From the IMG/VR virus record IMGVR_UViG_3300028364_000026, positions 24,630 to 88,629 of that record: a stretch of 64,000 nt of DNA; one strand, given 5' to 3'. A program made the position numbers and the translations under genes. Below, piece after piece: positions 1 to 7,891 of this stretch (positions are counted from its first letter, which is position 1; every line of letters begins with the position of its first letter). Origin of the DNA: a virus. Below the pieces are notes generated by a model. The model saw nothing but the letters and a program-made list of their open reading frames with translations, did not search any database and was not told the origin of the DNA.

Positions 1-2
1 TA

Positions 3-326
3 GTAGAACAAGTTCAAATTCTATTATTAGGGTTTGATATTCAAAGTTCTATTTCCTACAGCTATAATAAAAGCCACAAAAAATATTATTATAATTTAAA
101 CCTACGAAGAGAAGGGTCTGAAAATTACTTGAAATATATCGGGTTTGTTTCTAAAGGTAAACAAGAGCGTTTAAATCGCTTAAAATATAGTACAAGGAGT
201 AATAATTTCATTAAACAAGAAATGACAAATGAAATAGTTAATATTGAACATAAAATAAATTCCGTTTATGATGTTGAAGTCGATACAGTCCACCAATATA
301 ACGCAAATGGTATTAGAAACCATAAT
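3..326 (+). mobile_element. C-terminal part of an intein (endonuclease tail plus blocks F/G)
   Basis: VYDVEVDTVHQYNANGIRNHN followed by Ser+1. Upstream YLKYIGFVSKGKQ resembles the end of an intein LAGLIDADG domain. Confidence 0.85.
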
Positions 327-644
327 AGTCAATTAAAAGCAATTGAAGCTGGGTTCCACAAAAAAGCTATTATAGCACAAGATTTTGGTCCATATCAATT
401 AGACTTAACAAGTGCAATTAAGTATGGTGGTGAGATTGACTATACAGCAAATTCGATTTTAATCGACCCTAGAAAAAATAATAAAGATTGGTATTCAGCT
501 ATTAAAAAATTAATTACTAATCCAGAGTTAACTAAAAAATTACAAGAGAATCTACATGATACGGTAAAAAATACTTACTCTATTAAAACGGTTACTGAAG
601 CTAGAAGGAAATTATACTATGACTTATTAGGTAAATCTGACTAA
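3..644 (+). CDS. Glycosyltransferase (GT-B/GT4-like C-terminus) carrying an intein; 5' end outside window
   Basis: Frame is open from position 3, so the TTG at 129 is not the true start. After the intein end, SQLKAIEAGFHKKAIIAQDFGPY resembles the GT4 'lEA...kpvIas' motif. Confidence 0.7.
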   Translation, partial: VEQVQILLLGFDIQSSISYSYNKSHKKYYYNLNLRREGSENYLKYIGFVSKGKQERLNRLKYSTRSNNFIKQEMTNEIVNIEHKINSVYDVEVDTVHQYNANGIRNHNSQLKAIEAGFHKKAIIAQDFGPYQLDLTSAIKYGGEIDYTANSILIDPRKNNKDWYSAIKKLITNPELTKKLQENLHDTVKNTYSIKTVTEARRKLYYDLLGKSD

Positions 645-645
645 C

Positions 646-687
646 AAACAAAAAAAAACTTTAATTTATTAAAGTTTTTTTTTGTTT
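646..687. terminator. 20-bp perfect inverted repeat, likely intrinsic terminator
   Basis: AAACA9CTTTAAT-TT-ATTAAAGT9GTTT directly after the stop at 644. Confidence 0.7.
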
Positions 688-702
688 AAACAAAAATGTT
701 AG

Positions 703-710
703 TATCTTTG
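703..710 (+). promoter_or_regulatory. Bacteroidota-type -7 promoter box TAnnTTTG
   Basis: TATCTTTG with TTTG at 681-684, 28 nt before the ATG at 738. Confidence 0.6.
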
Positions 711-737
711 AACAAATAATAATTAATAAAAAATAAT

Positions 738-1304
738 ATGTCTTTAGAAAAAGAACAAATCGTTTCCAACACAACTAAGTACTTTGAAACAGCAGCTAAA
801 CTTGGTTTCATGAATGACGAACTAATGGGATTCTTATGCCTAAATAATGAAATTATTGAAGCTCCAGCATCTACTATGGAAAGTATGTACGGGGCTTTTG
901 AAGGTGGTTTAATTAAACATCTATTAAAAGTTGCTCAGTATGCCGTAAAATTCAATAACAGTTTACCAGATGGAGAAAAAGTAGACCAAACATCTTTACT
1001 TAAAGTTTGTTTGTTACATCAAATAGGTAAAAAAAATAACTTTATTCCATGTACTTCTGATTGGCACAGAAAAAATCAAGGAAAAATGTACGAATTTAAC
1101 CAAAATTTAGTACCTATGCGTGTTAGTGAACGTAGCTTGTACTATGCTTTATCACATGGTATAAAATTTACTGAAGAAGAGTACAGTGCAATACTTATGT
1201 ATGATAAAACTGATGATAAAATGAGTGAACATTATAATTCGGTTTTAGGTGAATTACTTAAAATGGGTAATGTTTTTGCTATTAAAGAAGTTAAAAAAAA
1301 GTAA
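738..1304 (+). CDS. HD-domain-like protein (HD replaced by HQ)
   Basis: APAS...GGLIKH...CLLHQIGK, the pattern of YhaM-like phage HD proteins. Confidence 0.55.
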   Translation: MSLEKEQIVSNTTKYFETAAKLGFMNDELMGFLCLNNEIIEAPASTMESMYGAFEGGLIKHLLKVAQYAVKFNNSLPDGEKVDQTSLLKVCLLHQIGKKNNFIPCTSDWHRKNQGKMYEFNQNLVPMRVSERSLYYALSHGIKFTEEEYSAILMYDKTDDKMSEHYNSVLGELLKMGNVFAIKEVKKK

Positions 1305-1305
1305 T

Positions 1306-1881
1306 ATGTTTAATATAGAAAGTATGAAAACTATGGCTCTTAGAATTATTGACCCTAAAGACCCATACTCACAAGAAGACTTTAATAACGAATTTGGTGG
1401 TGTTCAGACAAGTAACATTACTACACCTGATTTCAGATTAAAACTAAATATAATTAATGAATCATCAAACGAGTTACCTAATTTTGCTACGGTTGGGTCC
1501 TCTGGGTTAGATTTAAGAGCTAATTTAGTGGAACCAATGACAATTAAATCAGGTAAAAGAGCGATAGTACCAACTGGTTTATTTTTTGAAATACCTCAAA
1601 ATTTTGAAATTCAGATTAGACCTAGAAGTGGTCTAGCGGCAAAGAACGGTGTGACAGTTTTAAATTCACCAGGAACAATCGATTCAGATTACCAAGGTGA
1701 GGTAAAAATAATTTTGATTAATTTTGGTGACGAAGATTTTGTTGTTAATCATGGTGATAGAATAGCTCAAGCTATTTTTTCTTCAGTGTTAGGTAAAAAA
1801 TCTGTAAATATTTCACAAATAACTAATATGGTAACCAAAACTGAACGTGGTTTTGGTGGTTTTGGTTCAACTGGAAAATAA
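1306..1881 (+). CDS. dut: Trimeric dUTPase
   Basis: SSGLDL, RPRSG, GTIDSDYQGE, GDRIAQ and ERGFGGFGSTG motifs. ATG 1306 preferred over the overlapping start at 1249. Confidence 0.95.
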   Translation: MFNIESMKTMALRIIDPKDPYSQEDFNNEFGGVQTSNITTPDFRLKLNIINESSNELPNFATVGSSGLDLRANLVEPMTIKSGKRAIVPTGLFFEIPQNFEIQIRPRSGLAAKNGVTVLNSPGTIDSDYQGEVKIILINFGDEDFVVNHGDRIAQAIFSSVLGKKSVNISQITNMVTKTERGFGGFGSTGK

Positions 1882-1921
1882 TAAATATAACCCATTCAAC
1901 CACTTAACGGTAAAACTCTTT

Positions 1922-1968
1922 GTGAACTACCCACCTACGCCAGAGGCAATGGGTGGGTTTTACGCTCC
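1922..1968. other. GC-rich hairpin resembling an IS200/IS605-family end; may also act as terminator between convergent genes
   Basis: GTGAACTACCCACC...GGTGGGTTTTACG; stem 1929-1935 pairs with 1952-1958. Confidence 0.45.
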
Positions 1969-1996
1969 GTTTTATAAAAATAAATATTTATCTATT

Positions 1997-2872
1997 TTAC
2001 TTGGCTACCAACTGAACCCTTTCACTTGGGTTATCTATATATTCTATCGCATCAACATTTTGTTTAACTGCCACTAACTGAACCGCTTCACTTGGATTCG
2101 TTATATGTGTTATCGCATAACCATTTTGTTTAACTGCCACTAACTGAACATCTTCTGGTAATTCACTTGGATTATCTATATGTTGTATCGCATGCCCATT
2201 TTGTGTCACTGCCACTAACTGAAGTTGTTCACTTGGATTCTGTATATATACTATCGCATGCCCATCTTGTTTAACTGCCTCCATCTTAACTTGTTCACTT
2301 GGGTTATCTATATATGCTATCGCAAGACCATTTTTTGTAACTGCTGCTAACTGAACCGCTTCACTTGGTGTTATATCATTTCCTATAATATGTCTTATTG
2401 CACCACCATTTTGTGTAACTGCCGCTAACTGAAGTTGTTCACTTGGATTCTGTATGAATTCTATCGCATAACCATCTTGCTTAACTGCTGCTAACTGAAC
2501 CGCTTCACTTGGGTTATCTATATATTGTATAACAAAACCATTTTCTGTAACTGCTGCTAACTGAACCGCTTCACTTGGATTCTTTACGTATTCTATCGCA
2601 CCACCATTTTCTGTAACTGCTGCTAACTGAACCGCTTCACTTGGGTTATCTATATATCGTATCAAATCACCATTTTCTGTAACTGCTGCTAACTGAACAT
2701 CTTCTGGTAATTCACCATAATAATATTTAATGTACTTTACATCTTGTTTAACACTAAGTTCCATTTTTCTTAAATAAGAGGTTTTATTATTATCATTTAA
2801 CTGATTAAATTGCTCTCTAGGAATTCCATTTCCAGTATTGATATACTGTTTAATTAAATCTTTATTGTTCAT
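1997..2872 (-). CDS. Repeat protein cassette E (constant head plus 10 DUF4116-like repeats)
   Basis: MNNKDLIKQYINTG head, then (VQLAAVxxNGxAIxYIxNPSE)n. Confidence 0.85.
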   Translation of the reverse strand: MNNKDLIKQYINTGNGIPREQFNQLNDNNKTSYLRKMELSVKQDVKYIKYYYGELPEDVQLAAVTENGDLIRYIDNPSEAVQLAAVTENGGAIEYVKNPSEAVQLAAVTENGFVIQYIDNPSEAVQLAAVKQDGYAIEFIQNPSEQLQLAAVTQNGGAIRHIIGNDITPSEAVQLAAVTKNGLAIAYIDNPSEQVKMEAVKQDGHAIVYIQNPSEQLQLVAVTQNGHAIQHIDNPSELPEDVQLVAVKQNGYAITHITNPSEAVQLVAVKQNVDAIEYIDNPSERVQLVAK

Positions 2873-2902
2873 AATTAATTTTTATTTTGATTTGCTAAAC
2901 TC

Positions 2903-3850
2903 TTAAGTAATTAAATAATTAAATTGTTCATCAGTTAATCTGTGACCCCTACCAATATATTTAGATTTAAAATCAAATGGTAATTTCATAAACCATTTTA
3001 AATCTCCATTACTTCGACCCAATAATTGTTCCTCTTCTTTTTCACTATCTGTTTTAGGTCTATTAACCATCTTATCAACTGGAACACCATTAGATTTTAA
3101 ATAACTAACATAACCATCAACATCTTTACGGTACTCAGAAATATTTCCAGTGTTATTGTCAGCATCAGTTAATTCAATCCCGTAACGTGTACTATCAAAT
3201 ACAACTATGTGTAATGGGTCATTTAAATCAACACCACCGTTAGAAGTTGTTTTAAATTTATTGGTATCAACAATGAAATAAAATGATGAATCTTTAGTAT
3301 CTCTATAACTATTATACATAGTATTACCAAATTGACCAATACAAAAACCATAGTTTCTTCCAGTCAAACCACCTTTAGTGTATTGAATACACTTTTGAAT
3401 AGAGTCACCATCATAAATGTCAATTCCGTTACCAGACCATAATTTTTTAGTCTCACTCTCAAACTTTTCAGTATCCCCAACTTCAGCCTTTTTAGCATAC
3501 TTACCTTCCTCACCATGAATAAACTCAGCTAACGAAATGTAATCGTTAAACTTATTATCACCTATAACTATTTGATTATTAACAATCTGCATAGGTTTAA
3601 CTCTATTCTTTAACAACAATTTATCAAAGATATTAAAATCACTTAATATTGTGTCAATATCTGTAAAACCATTAGCATAAACAAAAGCCATAATTGGCAC
3701 ACTTTTTTGATTTTTTGATTCATCACCACCAGCAAATTTTGCGATAATTTCATCAGCATTCTCAACATTTGCTTTTTTTAACACACCTAACCCTTGAAGC
3801 TCTGAAGATTTAGACTCCAGTAAAAAACTATATATTTCTAAAAGTCTCAT
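2903..3850 (-). CDS. Hypothetical protein with C-x(n)-[W/F]C domain
   Basis: KCIQY...YGFCIG...MYNSYR...FYFIVD; similar to domains in 50044, 55205 and 61278. Confidence 0.8.
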   Translation of the reverse strand: MRLLEIYSFLLESKSSELQGLGVLKKANVENADEIIAKFAGGDESKNQKSVPIMAFVYANGFTDIDTILSDFNIFDKLLLKNRVKPMQIVNNQIVIGDNKFNDYISLAEFIHGEEGKYAKKAEVGDTEKFESETKKLWSGNGIDIYDGDSIQKCIQYTKGGLTGRNYGFCIGQFGNTMYNSYRDTKDSSFYFIVDTNKFKTTSNGGVDLNDPLHIVVFDSTRYGIELTDADNNTGNISEYRKDVDGYVSYLKSNGVPVDKMVNRPKTDSEKEEEQLLGRSNGDLKWFMKLPFDFKSKYIGRGHRLTDEQFNYLIT

Positions 3851-3993
3851 TTTTTTTTATTTAATATTTATTATTTGTTATTATATAAATATACCCTATC
3901 ACCATTAAAGTTAACTATATAATTGCGAATTTTGGGTTTTTATAAATATAGAGTAACTTGGATGTTAATTCTGTTATTTTCCTAATAATTAGG

Positions 3994-4659
3994 TTATCTA
4001 TTCCCCATGACTAACAACTTAACTTGCTCACTTGGATTCTCTATATATGTTATTGCGTGACTATTTTGCGTAACCGCTGCTATCTGAACCGTTTCACTTG
4101 GATTCTTTATATAGTATATTAAATTACCATTTTCTTTAACTGCTAACATCTGAACTCGTTCACTTGGATTCTTTATATATTTTAACGCAAAAGCATCTTC
4201 TTTAACTGCTGCTAACTGAACCGATTCACTTGGATTCTTTATGTATTGTATCACACGACCATCATGTTTAACTGCTGCTATCTGAACCGCTTCACTTGGA
4301 TTCTTTATGTATTGTATCACATAACCATTTTTTGTAACTGCCACTAACTGAACCACCTCACTTGGATTCTTTAGATATTGTATCGCTTCACCATCTTGTT
4401 TAACTGCCTCCATCTGAACTTGTTCACTTGGGTTCGTTATATGTTTTATCGCATAACCATCTTGTTTAACTGCCGCTAACTGAACATCTTCTGGTAATTC
4501 ACCATAATAATATTTAATGTACCTTACATCTTGTTTAATACTAAGTTCCATTTTTCTTAAATAAGAGGTTTTATTATTATCATTTAACTGATTAAATTGC
4601 TCTCTAGGAATTCCATTTCCAGTATTTATATACTGCTTTATTAAATCTTTATTGTTCAT
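3994..4659 (-). CDS. Repeat protein cassette D (7 repeats)
   Basis: Same head and 22-aa repeat. Confidence 0.85.
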   Translation of the reverse strand: MNNKDLIKQYINTGNGIPREQFNQLNDNNKTSYLRKMELSIKQDVRYIKYYYGELPEDVQLAAVKQDGYAIKHITNPSEQVQMEAVKQDGEAIQYLKNPSEVVQLVAVTKNGYVIQYIKNPSEAVQIAAVKHDGRVIQYIKNPSESVQLAAVKEDAFALKYIKNPSERVQMLAVKENGNLIYYIKNPSETVQIAAVTQNSHAITYIENPSEQVKLLVMGNR

Positions 4660-5124
4660 GGTTTATTTATTTGCATTTGCTGCTCTCTGAACCGCTTCAC
4701 TTGGTGTAATACCTTTTTTTGTTATATATCTTATCGCACGACCATCATGTTTAACTGCTGCTAACTGAACTTGTTCACTTGGCGTAATACCTTTTTCTAT
4801 TATCTGTGCTATCACAAAACCATTTTGTTTAACTGCTGCTAACTGAACCGCCTCACTTGGATTATTTATATAGTATATCGCACCACCATATTGTTTAACT
4901 GCTGCTAACTGAACTGCTTCACTTGGATTCTTTATGAATTCTATCACATTACCATCATGTTTAACTGCTGCTATCTGAACCGCTTCACTTGGATTCTTTA
5001 TGTATTGTATCACATAACCATTTTTTGTAACTGCCACTAACTGAACCACCTCACTTGGATTCTTTAGATATTGTATCGCTTCACCATCTTGTTTAACTGC
5101 CTCCATCTGAACTTGTTCACTTGG
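4258..5124. repeat. 174-bp identical direct repeat shared by cassettes D (4258-4431) and C (4951-5124)
   Basis: Base-by-base comparison by eye. Confidence 0.85.
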
Positions 5125-5550
5125 ATTATATATATATGTTATCGCACGACCATTTTGTTTAACTGCTTCTAACTGAACTACTTCACTTGGATTATGTATA
5201 TAGTGTATCGCACGACCATTTTGTTTAACTGCTTCTAACTGAACTACTTCACTTGGATTATGTATATAGGATATCGCATTACCATTTTGTGTAACTGCTG
5301 CTAACTGAACCGCTTCACTTGGATTCTTTATATAGGATATCGCATTACCATTTTGTGTAACTGCTGCTAACTGAACATCTTCTGGTAATTCACCATAATA
5401 ATATTCAATATAACTTGAATCTTGTTTAATACTAAGTTCCATTTTTCTTAAATAAGAGGTTTTATTATTATCATTTAACTGATTAAATTGCTCTCTAGGA
5501 ATTCCATTTCCAGTATTTATATACTGTTTTATTAAATCTTTATTGTTCAT
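4663..5550 (-). CDS. Repeat protein cassette C (10 repeats)
   Basis: Same head and 22-aa repeat. Confidence 0.85.
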   Translation of the reverse strand: MNNKDLIKQYINTGNGIPREQFNQLNDNNKTSYLRKMELSIKQDSSYIEYYYGELPEDVQLAAVTQNGNAISYIKNPSEAVQLAAVTQNGNAISYIHNPSEVVQLEAVKQNGRAIHYIHNPSEVVQLEAVKQNGRAITYIYNPSEQVQMEAVKQDGEAIQYLKNPSEVVQLVAVTKNGYVIQYIKNPSEAVQIAAVKHDGNVIEFIKNPSEAVQLAAVKQYGGAIYYINNPSEAVQLAAVKQNGFVIAQIIEKGITPSEQVQLAAVKHDGRAIRYITKKGITPSEAVQRAANANK

Positions 5551-5552
5551 AA

Positions 5553-6035
5553 TTAATTTTTATTTTGATTTGCTGCTAACCTAACCACCTCACTTGGTGT
5601 AATACCTTTTTTTACTATATGTTCTATCGCATCACCAGTTTGTGTAACTGCTGCTAACTGTACTTGTTCACTTGGATTCTCTATATAGTATATCGCATGC
5701 CCATCTTGTTTAACTGCCTCCATCTTAACTTGTTCACTTGGGTTATCTATATATGCTATCGCACCACCATCTTGTGTAACTGCCGCTAACTGAACCGCTT
5801 CACTTGGATTCTTTATATAGGATATCGCATTACCATTTTGTGTAACTGCTGCTAACTGAACATCTTCTGGTAATTCACCATAATAATATTTAATGTACCT
5901 TACATCTTGTTTAACACTAAGTTCCATTTTTCTTAAATAAGAGGTTTTATTATTATCATTTAACTGATTAAATTGCTCTCCAGGAATTCCATTTCCAGTA
6001 TTTATATACTGTTTAATTAAATCTTTATTGTTCAT
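5553..6035 (-). CDS. Repeat protein cassette B (4 repeats)
   Basis: Same head and 22-aa repeat. Confidence 0.85.
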   Translation of the reverse strand: MNNKDLIKQYINTGNGIPGEQFNQLNDNNKTSYLRKMELSVKQDVRYIKYYYGELPEDVQLAAVTQNGNAISYIKNPSEAVQLAAVTQDGGAIAYIDNPSEQVKMEAVKQDGHAIYYIENPSEQVQLAAVTQTGDAIEHIVKKGITPSEVVRLAANQNKN

Positions 6036-6037
6036 AA

Positions 6038-6730
6038 TTAATTTTTATTTTGATTTGCTGCTAACCTAACCACCTCACTTGGTGTTATATCATTTCCTAT
6101 AATATGTCTTATTGCACCACCATTTTGTGTAACTGCTGCTAACTGAACTTGTTCACTTGGCGTAATACCTTTTTCTATTATATGTACTATCGCATAACCA
6201 TTTTGTTTAACTGCTACTAACTGAAGCGATTCACTTGGATTCTGTATGAATTCTATCGCATAACCATCTTGTGTGACTGCCACTAACTGAAGCGATTTAC
6301 TTGGGTTATCTATATATTGTATAACAAAACCATTTTCTGTAACTGCTGCTAACTGAACCGCTTCACTTGGATTCTGTATGAATTCTATCGCACCACCATT
6401 TTCTGTAACTGCTGCTAACTGAACCGCTTCACTTGGGTTATCTATATATCGTATCGCACCACCATTTTGTTTAACTGCCACTAACTGAACTTGTTCACTT
6501 GGATTCTCTATATATTGTATCGCCCAACCATCTTGTGTAACTGCCGCTAACTGAACATCTTCTGGTAATTCACCATAATAATATTTAATGTACCTTGTAT
6601 CTTGTTTAATACTAAGTTCCATTTTTCTTAAATAAGAGGTTTTATTATTATCATTTAACCGATTAAATTGCTCTATGGGAATTCCATTTCCAGTATTTAT
6701 GTATTGTTTAATTAAATCTTTATTGTTCAT
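6038..6730 (-). CDS. Repeat protein cassette A (7 repeats)
   Basis: Same head and 22-aa repeat; ATATTTATA box at 6753-6761 upstream. Confidence 0.85.
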   Translation of the reverse strand: MNNKDLIKQYINTGNGIPIEQFNRLNDNNKTSYLRKMELSIKQDTRYIKYYYGELPEDVQLAAVTQDGWAIQYIENPSEQVQLVAVKQNGGAIRYIDNPSEAVQLAAVTENGGAIEFIQNPSEAVQLAAVTENGFVIQYIDNPSKSLQLVAVTQDGYAIEFIQNPSESLQLVAVKQNGYAIVHIIEKGITPSEQVQLAAVTQNGGAIRHIIGNDITPSEVVRLAANQNKN

Positions 6731-6929
6731 GGTTTATCTATAACGTTTTCAATATAAATATGATAAAATATTAAATAAAAACTAGAAACTGTAAGTATTT
6801 TAATTTAATTACTACTTTACAAAAAAATAGTAATAACTATATTATAAGTGAATAAATAATATATTCGGTTAGACCAAAAATACATAATTAATTTTAACGA
6901 TAACATAAATACAAATAAACAAAAATAAA

Positions 6930-7880
6930 ATGGGTTGGGTTCATAATAAAACAATAGGGTTAATGTTGGCTTTTTCAAAAGTTGAAAAAAATTCATTATC
7001 GCAAGAGAGAAATATGTTAAGTGATAACGCATCAAAGCATTCAGAAAAAGAAACTGGTAAATTAATGCATGATTTATTAAATAATGTAGTTTCGCAAGAA
7101 GTAAAAAATCTAAGGTGGAGAACCTATAAAGTCTTTAGTGCATCTAAAAATTTTAAAACGACCATTACAAGTTATGATGAAAATGATTTACCAATCGTTT
7201 CTAGTGAACAAACAATAGGTAAGGCGACCATTTTCAATAAATTTAAGTTTGACAAATTCGATTCTTATCCAGTAGAACACATATATTATAATCAAGAATC
7301 AACGTTAAGTCTAAATGATATTTCAGCTAGTAAAGACCTTATAATGCTAGACAATCCCACCCAACAAGAAGACGGTAGCGAGACAATTGGGACTATCGAT
7401 GGGTTGGCCATGTTTTCTTATAATAAAGGTGATTTCCCAATTATTATAAACAGAATGACAGTACCTAATTTTAATATTGAAAATTACACAAAAAAAATAG
7501 TTGTTAGGAAAATAAACTCAGAACAACGATTACTAGAATTTTATGTTAGCAAATACCCAGATGAATACAACAGAAGAAGTAGGTTGTTTTTAAGTGCGTT
7601 AAAAAAAGCTATTGATAAACCATATAGTGCTAGTATGCTAGAAATTAATTCAGTTGAATACGTAACATACTTGGCTATTGGGGTTAATGATTTTTTACAT
7701 TATAAATACGAACTAGAAAAATTTGATAAGATAATTGAGTTTGACGGTTCTTACGTAATTAAATTTATTTGTAATGTAACCAAAGATGGTATTAGTGTAA
7801 TCGACAAATATAAAGAAGAAGGGATAGAAAAAAAATATGCAAATAAGGTTAAAGAAAATAATAATAAAACGGTTAAATAA
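6930..7880 (+). CDS. Hypothetical protein
   Basis: 316-aa ORF with A-rich leader. Confidence 0.75.
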   Translation: MGWVHNKTIGLMLAFSKVEKNSLSQERNMLSDNASKHSEKETGKLMHDLLNNVVSQEVKNLRWRTYKVFSASKNFKTTITSYDENDLPIVSSEQTIGKATIFNKFKFDKFDSYPVEHIYYNQESTLSLNDISASKDLIMLDNPTQQEDGSETIGTIDGLAMFSYNKGDFPIIINRMTVPNFNIENYTKKIVVRKINSEQRLLEFYVSKYPDEYNRRSRLFLSALKKAIDKPYSASMLEINSVEYVTYLAIGVNDFLHYKYELEKFDKIIEFDGSYVIKFICNVTKDGISVIDKYKEEGIEKKYANKVKENNNKTVK

Positions 7881-7891
7881 TAATCTAACTT

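Noticed and set aside
1997-6730. Repeat array as a CRISPR array or DGR target
   Set aside because: The 66-bp units are in-frame coding repeats without unique spacers. No reverse transcriptase or template repeat is in the window, and changes are not obviously adenine-restricted.
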